This document shows, in pieces, positions 28,575 to 42,482 of a DNA stretch of 64,000 bases (positions are counted from its first letter, which is position 1; each line of letters opens with the position of its first letter). The notes under the pieces were generated by a model, which saw only the letters and a program-made list of their open reading frames with translations, was not told where the DNA came from and did no database searches. The position numbers and the translations under genes are program-made. Source of the DNA: Eledone cirrhosa (Eukaryota); assembly GCA_964016885.1 (NCBI GenBank), contig OZ024740.1:185690001-185754000 (forward strand), written 5' to 3'.

Positions 28575-28690
28575 TCGCGGATCTCTCAGGCTTACCGACT
28601 GAGGGGTGGAGCTGATCAAAATCGGACCAAGTAAACAATGTTTCCATTGGTCTTTCCATTGCTGATAGTATCTATCGGTCAGAAAGAGGA
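28575..28690 (-). repeat. Dispersed repeat, also at 33600-33810 (+) where it is internally duplicated
   Basis: agatactatcagcaatggaaagaccaatggaaacattgtttacttggtcc vs agatagtatcagcaatggaaagatcaaaggaaacattgtttctttggtcc. Confidence 0.75.
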
Positions 28691-29215
28691 ACGTGAAATG
28701 TGCTTCAAACTACTATAATTAGCGTATGAATTAACACAATTTTATTGATTAATTATTGGCCTTGTGCTTAAATCAGAATCCATTGAGTATACGTTTTCTG
28801 TTAGACAAGGGCTTTGGTACGATAGTGTAGAAATGTGTGGAAGTTCATACATGGCAGCTACTGTCGAACAATGAGTACACTATTTGAAATACTTCGCTTA
28901 TCTGAACCTTTCATAAAATCACCATGAAAATGATTGTATGAAAACTATCAGTGTATTTTAAAGTAGTTGATTGACATACCCCTTGTATTAAAATGTTACT
29001 TAAAATGAAACCATCCAAATTATATTAAACAATTGATTCAAATGGAAACGAGCATGCAATCTACTTAGAATTTATTCTATTCTAATAAGCACATATTTAA
29101 TGAAAACTAATATTCATACATCTTCGTTAACGGTGTTGAACACACAAACACACACACACATCACAAGCATACACACACACGCACATACACGCGCACACAC
29201 GCACATACGCGCGCG

Positions 29216-29325
<110 letters not shown>

Positions 29326-29560
29326 AACACAATTAATGCAGGAATTTAATCAAATTCTGAATAAATGAATAGATAATTGAAACGATGCGAATGCCTTCTT
29401 GAAAAAAATGTTCAAATGGAAGAATTATATTTGTTATGTCATTACTTAGGTTATGTTCTGTTATCTGAATTAAGGTATAGTTATTTTCAATAGATATTAA
29501 TACTTCTCTCTATGTACTGAATATTTTATTGTAGCGTGTATGTGTGTTCTACTAAATATA

Positions 29561-29686
<126 letters not shown>

Positions 29687-30112
29687 ATGAATATAAAATG
29701 AAAGTGCTTTTATAAAGGAATTTATTAGGTATTGACATATGTTTCTGTAACAGACGGAATACCTAGTATCGCTGCTTGCGTAATCATATAATGTTAGCAA
29801 GTATTCGATAGCAAATGTATAATCAGTTGTCACTTCTTCAGAGATATTAGATAAATTGGAAAGAATCAGAAAAAGCAAAGTATTTATATTAGTTGTAAGA
29901 AAGGAAGAAGAGAAGGGATAGTATATGACAGATGGCAATTCAATTTGCTGGTAAACAAGTATATAGAAGGTTTTTAATGAGAATACAATGAGTATATGGC
30001 TTATTTTATCTAAATAAGAATTTTTGGGAGTGCCTATTTTAATCTATATTTGACCAGTTGAACAATGGACAGGGCTGGTCGTTTGGTGTAGTAGTATTAA
30101 TACAGATATAAA

Positions 30113-30167
30113 TAAAGTACCAGTAATGCACTGGGTATTTGTTGGCCTTGTGCAAAACGTAGAAACA
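30113..30167 (+). mobile_element. 5'-truncated main SINE with 17-bp TSD
   Basis: TSD attaatacagatataaa at 30096-30112 and 30168-30184. Confidence 0.85.
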
Positions 30168-30429
30168 ATTAATACAGATATAAAGTGTCAAGTATGGAAG
30201 AGAGATATTTTCACTGCTACTGTATAACAACAATTCGGGTAGCCTGCTGGTATATGCATTAGGGAATTGAATTAAGAAATCTCATTTTATCTATAGCAGT
30301 TTATATTAAATGGTAAAGAATAGAAGAGTTGATAGAATTAAGACTAATAGAGAATGTTAATATGTATGTTGACAATCAAACGGAGATGGAGACAGGTGTT
30401 CTATCCTGGTAGCGTTTGTAATATGACAA

Positions 30430-31430
30430 TGTAGATTTCAAGCAATGGTTACAGTATAACAATCGCTCTATTCTGTTATTTAATAAAATATTTTTGGATT
30501 TCATAATACAAAATATTTCCATATGCGCAATTTACCAAATTCGTGTCCTTGGTAATATGCAGGCGTCAAAATTATTATATCCCATTTTATGTTAAATTGT
30601 TGGTTATTTTCGCGCAGCTGCCAAGTCTTGTCTGCGTGTGTTGTTACATAACGTTGGTTTTCATGAAATATCGAGTAACGATGTCTATAATGGCGAGATT
30701 TGAAGGAGGTAGCTGTAGACCCCACATAGTACCACTTCCGGCTACCCAATTCGATGGTACATTTGTATATGATGTTGCGTTCAAGACACTGATTGTACAA
30801 CGGACACATTCCTGGTTGGACACAGTTTCAGTTATAATTATGCGTTGTTGTATTACCATGGATGGGTTGATGAGGTTGCTTATGCAGGACGGATGTTGTT
30901 TGTTGTTCTGTGATGTTATAGCCGATGTTTTACGTGTATTGTTATGTGTTGGAAGGCGTTTATACAACCGTTTTGCGTTAAGCTTTTTTATATGTTGTTC
31001 AATATTAGGGGCGGTTGAATATGAAAGTCGAATAGTGTTAGGGTTTAAGATTTTATTATATTTATGTGATGTTGGAAAATGTTTTTTAACTAATGGAAAG
31101 AATTGTGAGGGTAGATTGGTTTTAATAGAGTTGTTATAGACCGGTTTGTACCATATATACGCTTTACATCGCCTTCTGTTTGGTGGTGTGCGAGTATTAG
31201 TGTGTCTATTGCGGTAGTGTATGTATGGTGGTGAGTCTATGCTATTTCTACCTCTATGAGTTTTATTTTGGGTGTTTTGGTGATCGTCGACTATATACTG
31301 TATATTATCTAGGTATCCAGCCTTCCTAAGTCCATCATCATAATATTCGGCATGCTCTTTGAAGGTTTGCTGGTTGGACGACAGGCGGGAGATTCTAAGG
31401 GAAATATTTCTAGGGATGGATTTAATCATA
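30430..31430 (-). pseudogene. PLE RT thumb + GIY-YIG endonuclease fragment
   Basis: IKSIPRNISLRISRLSSN..YYDDGLRKAGY, IWYKPVYN, KKHFP..TIRLSYS, CPLYNQCLERNIIYKC..YVGSTATSFKSRH, FNIKWDII. Confidence 0.9.
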
Positions 31431-31685
31431 CATATGATTATACATTTGATTATACATTTCATTATACATTTGATTATACATTTGGTATCGAATACTTGCT
31501 AACATTATATGATTACGCAAGCAGCGATACATACGTATTCCGTATGTTACAGAAACATATGTCAATACCTAATAAATTCCTTTATTTAATATTCATCTTT
31601 TCAACATTTTCTCCGGAATATCATTTATACTCGTTGAGCAAACCTAGACGTACGCTGTTCATCTCTAACGTGACTTGAAATTGTA

Positions 31686-31729
<44 letters not shown>

Positions 31730-31920
31730 AGGGTGTTAAAGTTTGCTTGAAGCATTGTGAAATGTGTAAAATACGTAGTTAAGAAAGCCACAACAATGCA
31801 GAGGGAAATCTCGAGGTAGGAAGTGAAAGATAGATAGGAAAAACAGGTGAAAGTGAAAATTAAGAGAGACAAAGATGAAAACAAAACAAAGGTAGAAGGG
31901 TTACCGTAGTGGAGATTTAA

Positions 31921-31956
31921 TCCCAATATTTCGGGCTCACGCCCATCAACGGGGGA
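31921..31956 (-). ncRNA. Minimal hammerhead-like motif (CCGTTGA core)
   Basis: Minus strand: tccc-CCGTTGA-t gggc gtga gccc-GAAA-ta-TT-ggga, inside a ~290 bp unit between (TA)n tracts (31729-32022). Confidence 0.5.
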
Positions 31957-32021
31957 AGGTTCCAAAAGGGGGGGAACAGGCCAAGCGGAGAAAGTTGCGA
32001 TGTCGTTAAGACAGGAATGCC

Positions 32022-32087
<66 letters not shown>

Positions 32088-32163
32088 CGAAGGAAATGTG
32101 GTAAGGAACCAGGTGGACCATAACGCACCAAAGTACTCAATACTTGAGGTAGTAGAGTGGGTA

Positions 32164-32281
32164 ATAGGAACCAGTAAGACCCCGACAGCTGAGCTCAAGC
32201 CGTTTCGACGGCTAATTCTGGGTCCAGAATTAGCCGTCGAAACGGCTTGAGCTCAGCTGTCGGGGTCTTACTGGTCCCTAT
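32164..32281. repeat. Near-perfect hairpin (58-bp arms, 2-nt loop) containing the 3' half of a hammerhead
   Basis: One mismatch between arms; GAAA-cggcttgagctcagctg-TC-gggg on each arm; related sequence at 54728-54765. Confidence 0.9.
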
Positions 32282-32304
32282 ATATATATATATATATATA
32301 TATA

Positions 32305-32371
32305 CAGGTTGTAACCGTAGATTGAATCTATACATATATATATATGGAGTCAATCAACGGTTACAACCTGT
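32305..32371. repeat. Second short hairpin around a TA tract
   Basis: acaggttgtaaccgt...acggttacaacctgt arms. Confidence 0.8.
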
Positions 32372-34092
32372 TTTTATTCTGTATTATATAGTTTTTATAT
32401 CACACACACTTCGGGCCAATCGACCATCGCAACTATATGTTTTATTGAAAATATTCCATGATAGTCTAAATAGTGCGTTATATAATATTATTTCATGAAC
32501 GAATTTAAAATTTAGTCTATCGTGAGCTAATATTTTATTACATTACACAATATTTAAACTGTACTAAATCGCTATGGAATATTCTCGTCTCTATTATTTG
32601 TTGAATGCGCATCTGCTTTATAATTGTATCTTTATTCCTGTTATTGATTTCCATTTTTTATATAAAAAAGGTCATTAAAAACAAGAAGCCTCTGCATACT
32701 CTAAAGCATAACATCAGGTATAAAACATGCAAAATGGATATATGCCTGCATATATATGAATCATTCCTCAAGATATGTGATATAATATATGATAAAGTGC
32801 CCAGTGAGAAGACAAAGAAATTATCTATAGAATATATTTGAAAACATTCTATGGTAGTTATTATTCTTATAAAGGAAAGCCATATGCAAACTATACTTGA
32901 ATTGAATCACCCCATAACAGCTGTTAGCCGAGAACATAAAACAATTCAGATTCATAGATTTTATGAAAAGACATAGGATTTAGATGAGATGCGGATTGCA
33001 AAAAATATTGTATATAATATTTGAATGACATTTAAATTGGTTAAGTTTTATTCAACAATTATGTTTATTTTGGATAACATCATACAACAGTATGTTACAG
33101 TACCACATTTCTGAATTACAGAAGCAATTCTATACACAACTACACATTTTTGAATAAGTCTCATTATTTCCCAAATGTTCATGTAAAACAAGAAACTCAT
33201 AAATAATTGAAGAAATATTGAATGTATTCGCCGTTTAAATAAATATTGTGAAGGGAGTAAAATTTTATGTAAATTCGTATTGGACTGCAATTTTGATTTT
33301 CAAGTACATTTTAAGCAGAGAGTTTAAAATGTTATTTCAAACATGGGAGAGCATACTTCAAACTGATGTAAGTTTCATAGTAATTCGGAGATTCATCTGA
33401 TGTTTCATATTTAACTGATCCTTTCAACCTAAACACATTGATAATGATCGGTTCTGCTTTAATAAACAAATATAATGAGTATTTAAAAACTGCTGGTAGA
33501 TTATTTAATTTTAGTAAATCGAATGTCCTGCATACTGAATTCTTGAACAACGTTTCTATAGTGAAGCTCATCCAATATTATTCAAAAACTGTGGTACTTC
33601 TCCTCTTTGGCAGTACGATAACAACTCTGGACAAATTCCCATGTCAGGTGCGGCCGACAGAGAGTACCAGCAATTAAAAGACCAATGGAAAACTGTTTTA
33701 CCCCAACCGATCTCATGATGGACTCCTTTCTTCTGCCAGCAGTTGCCACCGGCAGATAGTATCAGCAATGGAAAGATCAAAGGAAACATTGTTTCTTTGG
33801 TCCATTCTAACTATCGTTATCTTTCTGTTTTAGCAGAAATATGATGAACGGCCTCCCAGCTGCGACCATCTAGACTGTTTGTTAGGACTTAATGACCGAA
33901 GGAATGTATTTATCCCATATATTCTCCTTTTACTTTTAATGTTAATTTTGACTTGAAGGGAAATTTGACTACTATTAATTCAGATATTAAAAATTGTTTT
34001 TTGACTAGCCAATTTGAACTCCCATTTCTATTTTTTCCAAGCAGCTCATGGGTTCGAAAAATGTGAGGAAATTACCTTACCATATGTCATAT

Positions 34093-34241
34093 TGATAATT
34101 GTTTCTACTTTTGGCTCAAGGCCAGCAATTACCCAGTGTATTACTGGTACTTTATTTTATCGACCCAGTAAGGATGAAAGGCAAAGTCAACCTTGCTTTA
34201 GTTGGTTGATTGTTTATGTGTTGTTGTTGTTTTTGTTGTGT

Positions 34242-34323
<82 letters not shown>

Positions 34324-34396
34324 CGTTGTTGTTGTTTCTTCTTCTTCTTCTTCTTCTTCTTCTTCTTCTTCTTCTTCTTCTTCTTCTTCTTCTTCC
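34093..34396 (-). mobile_element. Main SINE 3' half adjacent to (TTG)n(TTC)n microsatellite
   Basis: SINE core reverse complement at 34093-34195; trinucleotide runs at 34216-34396. Confidence 0.85.
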
Positions 34397-35704
34397 TGAG
34401 AGGGTCATGGTGGCCTCTTATTCTGAGGAAGAAGTGAGCGAAGAAGAAGAAGATATTTCGTGAAAGGTTGTTTGGTGTATTCGTTAATGATTGTTACAAC
34501 TATTGTAAATTACAAATTGGGAGCTCTGTAGAAAAGATCAGATTATACTTCGTGAAAGAAGTCTATATATTCAGTGTTGATACCGTACTACAAAACATGA
34601 GTAGTAACTCGGTGATTTTATGATAATGTATGTACCAATTATATACAAATAATATACAATCTCAAATGACAGAATAATAGCATGTTAAGCCTACAAAAAT
34701 CAATGTTTAGACCTTGTATTGTGAAATACACTCCAGGATATTTCAACCAAATTTAAATTAAGAAAATAAATCTATTTTTACCTTCAATTAGTCGATTGCT
34801 TGATGTAAAAAGTTTGAAGTTTGTTTTAAATCCCATTTTCTAATAGAACAGATCATATAGTTAAGTATGCTTGCAATTATACATAAATCCTCAGCAAATA
34901 GTGCGATTACGTTCAGTTCCATTAGCATTATTGATGGCATTTCCGAGAGGAAAACAGAGTTATATGTAAAGCGTATTCATAAATTCACAATCAATATTTC
35001 TATATATTTACAGTTGTGTGAGAATCTCTCTATTCATCAATGTTGAACATATGTTGATATAAGCTCGATTCCCTATCAAACGCCAATCGAAAGCTATGAG
35101 CAGGTTGTTTGTACTTAATTATATTTACTAAGAGACACTCCTAATATTTTCTTTGGTGATAGTCGTTACCTGTCTCTTTTCTCTGCACTTAACCTCACGT
35201 TTACTGTTATTTCATAAGCAGATACCATTAGGAATATGACAATCCTTAACATAAACAGGCTGGCAACAAAATATTAGTATACATTTTCATGATCACTCAC
35301 ATGTATATAATTTAACTATAGAATTGCTAATATATTTAACTAAGTTATACCTACACATCGAAGCCCAATTACTTATGCACTTTAGCCACATTTAATATTC
35401 ATTACATGAAGCCAGACTATACTCTTTCATGTGAATATTATATTATCTATGTTATAAAACTAAAACGGTTGTCCGCTTTGCTTCACTGATGCCTTGATAT
35501 GCGCAGTGCACGCACATTCTGGAATGTTTTCGATCTCAACCTTATATAAAGAATACATATTGCGTGCGTACGAGTCGTGTATTCACTTACTACATGTTTC
35601 GTATAATATATAAGATATGTAATATTATATTCCGATATATACGTTGATATGCAATTTAAATAGTAAAAGATGATGTAACAGACACACACACACGCACACA
35701 CACG

Positions 35705-35750
<46 letters not shown>

Positions 35751-37211
35751 ATGGGAGAGAGAGAGGGAGGAGCGAGATATATTAACGGCGCTGTGGCTCT
35801 CTCTTATAAATGTTTCATCGCTTACATTTATCACAACTATTTCCCCTTCTTAACTCATTCTCGTGTACTTTCTCTCCTTCCCGCCTTCCTCTCTCTCACC
35901 TCGCCACGTGACCTATGTTTCTTCCATCGTTCAGCTCTGTTCTGCTTCAATGGTTAGATGTATGAAACTGACGATGCACTTAATCTTGTATTATTTCACT
36001 CAGCTTTCTTATTGTAAACTCGTTTTTTGTGGACGTCTACATTCTAAAGACTCATATAAAGATATCGTATAGTTATATATTTTTGCTTTGGGATTCCTCA
36101 GGTATATATTTCGTTCCATCCTCAATGTAGTCAATCCAATCACCTTAAATGGGATTATATTATCAAACCAAGACCTACTCATAGAATTAAATTAGTTAAA
36201 ACATGTTAGAACATTCTTTCTGAAGGGTAAGGATGTTTCAGGTACTGAACCAAAATTCTAACTCTTTGCTTCATTTATTCGTCTTTCCTATATTTTATTA
36301 ATGCTGCTCTACCCATTAATACTTTTCATGGCACTTCCAGACGTATATCGGGGTTTGTTTCTATCAGTTGCCAGCACGTCACTAAGGTCTTTTCTATTCC
36401 TATAGAAAGGAGTGCTGTGATAGTCCCTCGTAGTTTTTGTCACAACAAAACTTAATCAATGCCGGGAAGAAAAGAGAGAAAGGAGTACCGTCTGCATGTC
36501 TGAAATGTTACTGGCTGAAGAGAAGATTTGACCTCCGTGGGATTTACATTCAGATTGCATAAGATCTGGGACAAATATCACAAGGCTTCGATATTTTTTT
36601 GAATTCGTCAATCTCTACAGATATTACTGTTCAAAAAATGTTAATCTCCACACATGGACATTTCCCTTATTACCTAGAAGGCAGCGAATTTATCATATTC
36701 ACTAATCTTGAAACACAAACCCGTGCAATCTATTCGAAAGCAAATAAATAATCTCCGGGTGAGTTACAACTAGTTTTCGTATAACTGTACACAACTGATA
36801 TACGGTACACCTCCTACACCTCCTGCTACTTGACACTCGTTTTTCTCACAATAACACTCTGAAAGTAACCTTTCCGTTGGAACTTAATCTCATGCTTGAT
36901 ACACACAGAATTCGCACGAGAGCTAACCTCTTTCTTTGCCGATAATTTCATGGGAAATTCCTTCAACATTAAACGGAGCTGTGTCTGAGAGATTCAACTC
37001 TGCAAGATGAAAGTCTTTGAATTACAAATGAAATTAGACATTCAATGCTACATACATATACTTCACATGTATTCTATTGAATAATGTATATTTTCATATT
37101 TACATCGATGCTTCCTTTTGCGTTGCATTTGTCTCATTCGTTTGATGTCACGTGTTTGTTTACGCTTAATATGCTTACTGATGATTTTGTTTTCAAATAT
37201 GTTGTAATATT

Positions 37212-37340
37212 TTGTTTACAAACACACCGAGCATTATAATAAATGTTCGGTAAATTCATACGTACATATATATATGTGTGCATGTATGTATATATATACA
37301 TACTACTGTACGTCTGTATACATATATGTATGTACGTATG
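37212..37340 (+). mobile_element. Dispersed partial copy of the 420-bp hammerhead repeat family at 57563-58407
   Basis: tttgtttacaaacacaccgagcattataataaatgttcggt...catactactgtacgtctgtatacatatatgtatgt is the reverse complement of 57570-57697. Confidence 0.85.
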
Positions 37341-39649
37341 CATACTCATATGTAATAATTTTATTGTTGGTATATGCACGCTTAGGCATATTTGCACATA
37401 CACAATTTATTTCAGAGGTTTACCAAAATGCAACTCGTCACACTTATAATCTATCTCTATCTTGTATTGCACTGGTTTATGATGTCTTTCAACCATCAAT
37501 GCAGCATAGTCACATCGCCTAAGAATAGACATTTGAGGAATATATTTCTATCTTTGTTTTGAGAAAATGTTTGAAATCCTTATGGGGAGATTATTGTTTG
37601 ATACTCATCCCATCTACAGACACACTAAAGAAATACATGTATTTTGTCCATTAAACAACCTCTCTCTGCAAAGGATATATGGCACCTTTTTTTTGCCAAA
37701 TTAAACATCATAAATATAATTTAGAACATCATAAATATTAGAACATTCGGTCATGTGGCAGTAGATTATAAAGCCAGATAAGAATTTTAAATAGTGAGTG
37801 TTTCTTAAATTTCTTGGTGAATCTATATCATTTAATTTCGTGATTTTGCATGTCTTTTCTTGCCAAAACATTATTGCGCTATATATTCCTTTAACAACAC
37901 ATTTTGTGTAAGTGAATTATATTTTCTCTTGTCATTTATTGTATGATCCAACAAACAGTAATACTTACACCAGAAATGCACAGGTGGTCACATTGCATGT
38001 TGTTAATTGTAATCGATGCCGGATAGTTTATGTAGATTCCATTCTATAAGTAGTAAGGTGACATTAAGTTTATGTAATGTACATAAAAAGAAATTTTAAT
38101 TTCCACGGAGATTTCCTTGCTTGAAACTTGATAGACAGCCGTTTTGTTTACACTACAAATTTAGATTGCCTAACTTTTAAAATAACGCACAATACATTCC
38201 TTAACGAAACCACATGCTCTGTTTAAGAGTAAACACTAGCATATAAACTGTTAAAGATAATTTCCATGTCAATAGATACCATTTGTTCATCATTCATACG
38301 AGTAACTGAACCTATCTGTTCATGTAAACTGTATGGGGGAAAATAAGCATTTAAAGTATAAAAATATCAAGTAACGCAAATGTTTATCAAATGAAAGAGA
38401 TTTATTTCCTGCAGACGAATTCGCACAAGACCAAACTAAAGACAACTCGTTTCTAGAGAATGGCATTCTAATCCTGACAATAACATTGCTTTGTATCTCT
38501 TACTACAGTTTTACAATGTGTTGTTTATTTTCTAAGATAGTTGAATGTGATTTGCTAGAAAATTGACGACTATTTCTAGAATGGCGAAAGATAGCATAAA
38601 TGTCCCTCTCTATATATATACTAGATACGTTTGAAATAATTCGATTAAACAATTCTGTAATACTGTAAAAATTGTACAGATTTCTATTCAAGAATCGCTT
38701 TGTAGAAATTCATTTTATCATGCCATAATGTACAATGAAATAAGTCGGAGATTATCTCCTTCCTATGATATATATGCTGGATTCTGGTGCTTCATATTAA
38801 CAGAATTCTTACTGACCATTTAAATACTTATTTCTTTACTTGTTTTGTCAGCTAAACCTATAAGTAAAGAAATATCGGAAAATTTAATTTTACCTAAGAA
38901 CGAGTATTGATTTTCTGTCAGACTAAAATAAGATGGGAGTAAGACAATAATTGAGAATGCAATGCTGTAAAATTGTTATTTCCCATGTTTACGTTTGTCA
39001 GCGGTGTAAGGGCTTTGTCTAACGGCATTCGTTTTTATAGATATATTTTAGCTTCAGTAAACAAGGTTTGTGCTCCCGTATATTTTAATGACGCGTTGTT
39101 GGAGTGGGGGTATTCAAAGCCTGTTAGCAGAATATATCCCCGTGGTTTCATAGAACTTGGCGGTAGTAACAATGTTATTAACTCTGTAGCTATATGCTTT
39201 ATCTGATGTGTGAGAGATTGCGCATGTAATTATATGTACATAAATACATTTGGTTTTCACTGAAATGGCACTGGATTGAACACCGCTTTCTTCTGCATGG
39301 TCCTAAGTCTGTGGAGCATTCTACTTTACCTTTCTAAGCCTAGCTTCCTTCATTTCGTATCTAAGAACAGTTCTCATGATTTCTCCTGGCAGTAAAATTC
39401 TCACTTTCCATATCAATAACCACCTCCTCCGTTTAAATTTATTCATCCTTTACTAGCTTCTAGCCAAAGCAACAATACGATTTTCTCTCTGACCCTCCTC
39501 GTAGGAAGAAAAATGTCCGAAGTTCTGTGATTCTTCATTAATCTTAGCATCTCGATACATCTAACTCTTCTTTAAATTCTGTTTTATGCTGATGATATGA
39601 TAAAGCGTAGCTACTGCATACTGTTATGTGTTAATTTTGGTGACAATAA

Positions 39650-39835
39650 AAAAATGTACCCAGTACATCCTGTAAGATGTTTGGCCTTAGGCAGGACATC
39701 CAGGCATAGAAACCACGCCAGATAGGGAATGTATGAGTAGCATGGCTTGGTTCTGGTTCTTCTGATTCCGAACCATAACAAGATCTTCAAACCATGCCAG
39801 CGTGACCATGACATGTTGATGATAATGATATGCAT
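39650..39835 (+). mobile_element. Degenerate SINE 3' part with (GAT)n tail
   Basis: tacccagtacatcctgtaag..ggccttaggcaggacatccag..ccatgccagcgtg..gatgataatgat. Confidence 0.5.
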
Positions 39836-40277
39836 AATATTGCGGTCTCAATATGTAAACTAAACCATTAATTTTGTTGTTTTTTTTAAATCAACGCAGA
39901 CAACCTAGAAAAATACCCGATTACTTCCTCCCGCTTATTCCAAACTCATTCATATTATTTGCGAGATTAGACACATGTGTATGACCGTAGCTTTCGCATA
40001 GCACATTATTCATAAAATTGTGTGTATCATATATTTCCTATAATATTATGATAGTTTGATTATAGCACCTCATTGGAATAACATGTTTGTAAGTAATATT
40101 TCTTTGCAATAATATAATTATTATTCCATCTCCCTTACAATAATTTCACTATTGTATTTCCACGGAGAATTGCAGGTATTGTACAATCTGATTATACTAT
40201 TCTCCTCATCAGCACTGGATCACTGTGTTTCTCTTAAGATACTATAACCATTATTATGATATTTTCCTTATGCTTCA

Positions 40278-42370
40278 TTATCATTATATAATATTGGATG
40301 GATTGGTAGTATCGGTAGAGGGTCGGACGCCATGCTTTGAAACATAGAGTTACGACCTATTACGTTATCAGTTCAAAACCCGTCGAGGTTCATTTCACTT
40401 CGCCTTTCATCCTTACGGGGTCGATAAAATAAAGTACCAGTAATGTACTGTGAAGAATGCTGGCCTTGTGCTAAAAGTAGAAACACTTAGTATTATAAAC
40501 GTTAAGATTATCAATATATGAAACCTTACATATTACCCTTGAGTTGATTCGTGTGTACGTATGGCAGAATGTGTGTATGTCTATATCCGTGTGTGTGACT
40601 ATATGTGCATGTGTGTGTATATACGCGTGTATCAGGAACCTGTCTACACACATGTGTATGTGTATGTGGGTGTGTGTTTAAACGGGTGCCTACACACGGC
40701 ACCACGACTTGTGTCGGACACACATTATAAAGCATGTCCGTAGTCAACTGACTGACCTAGGGCAGAAAATACTTTAACTGAAGACTGCCACTTCAAAGAA
40801 ATTAAGAACCCATTCGACGCCACAAACATTCTTTTTTTTTTATTTTCATTATACTTATATTATCTTACTAACATCTATAACTTTACTCATTTACTTCTTA
40901 TTCTCTACTTTTTTATTTTTATCTCTAATATTCTTTTTCATTATTTATAAGTTCACATCCCGCCGTTGTTAACTTTGCCTTTCATCCTGATGGTAAAATA
41001 AAGTACCAGTAATGCACTGAGATAATTGCTGGCCTTGTGCTAAATGTAGAAAACCGACTGTTTTCAAACTTTACACATGTAATACTTATATTTCAGGGAG
41101 TGTTCTCAGCAAAAATAAATTTGAAAGTTTCTATGCCCTAGGGACCACATTAAGCGATTTAACGATCTCTCTCTATAATTCTTGTTTTTTCTCTTTTTAG
41201 ATAGATACATACATATAACGTCGCGCCCTTATAATATCTGTCTGTATGTCTGACTGTCTGCATTACGTCACTTCCCTGAGCATGTATGTGTGTGTGTGTG
41301 TGTGAGTTTGAATCCCTAACATTCGAGAAGTACCCTACCGATTATTTTCAAACTTTACATGTGCATTATGTTTCAGGGTTTGTTATGCACATTTCAACTT
41401 TGTTATCTCCTAGGGCCCGCATTAGGTGAAAAACTGCGTTTTTTTAAACATTTTTAGGGGTTTTTTGAGGCGTTACGTCAGACCGAATTCCTTGAAATTG
41501 TAATTATGTATTAGTCAGTCTCTTCTTCATACCGTAAGCAAAGAAAATCCAACTTTCATATGGCCTAGGGCCCGCATTAGGTGAAAAACTTCATTTTTTC
41601 AGCTTCTTAGGGCTTTTTAGAGGCGTTCCGTCTAGCCGATTTTCCCGAAATTTCAAGGCATATTGTGCACATAAAAAATAATCATTTTCCTGATCCCCTA
41701 GGGTCCGCATTTTTACTGCTTCATCGAGGAAAATATTAAAGATTATCCACCATCAGAGTATTCGGTTTATTTTCTTTACATATTGTCCAGGCATGCAATT
41801 TCTCCACGATTAGGTCTATTGGCGGCTCGCGTTCCAAAATACCTTATCTCGTGCAACGCTGGGTACCACTGCTAGTTAATAATATATTTTCACTTTCTAT
41901 TATTTATTCATGATTTTTTTTTTTGTTTTACATTTATTGTAACACTTTTACTTCGTCATGTTTTTTGTTTTGATTTTTTTTTCATCACACCATGTTATAT
42001 TATAATTTCTGTTTGATATTACATCCCTTTCCCTACATGTTACTTCTCACCCTTTCCCCATTTTTCCTTGTTTCCTTTTCTCTTGCACCTCCCATTCACT
42101 CTTACCTCCTATCCCTATCTATCAACCCTTACTTATCTACGGTAGTCAGGATCCCTACACGTTTTTTGTATGTATACACACGTATTATATATATTTTTTT
42201 ATATATCTGGATTATATTTAAAACGTTGGGTGCTGGTTTGGCAGTATCGGTAGAGAGTCGGACGCCATGCTTTGCAGCATAGAGTTACGGTCCTTTACGG
42301 GGTCGATAAAATAAAGCACCTGTAATGCACTGTGATGATTGCTGGCCTTGTGTCAAAAGTAGAAACATTT
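40278..42370 (+). mobile_element. Main SINE copies at 40278-40490, 40955-41055 and 42228-42370
   Basis: Each matches the head, core and/or tail of the 6828-7009 copy. Confidence 0.8.
41057..41875 (+). mobile_element. Non-autonomous Helitron-like element with internal tandem subrepeats
   Basis: 3' end cgtgcaacgctgggtaccactgCTAG|t; internal (TCTG)n and repeated ctagggcccgcattaggtgaaaaact / accgattattttcaaacttt. 5' boundary uncertain. Confidence 0.6.
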
Positions 42371-42405
42371 GTATTTAAAAGGCTGTCTTAAGTGCTACCG
42401 TCAAT

Positions 42406-42482
<77 letters not shown>

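Noticed and set aside
28562-28670. Minus-strand exon with AG/GT boundaries
   Set aside because: Same sequence recurs at 33600-33810 as a dispersed repeat.
41057-41710. CRISPR-like repeat-spacer array
   Set aside because: Eukaryotic context, long irregular units with mutually similar spacers, no cas genes; better explained as Helitron-like internal subrepeats.
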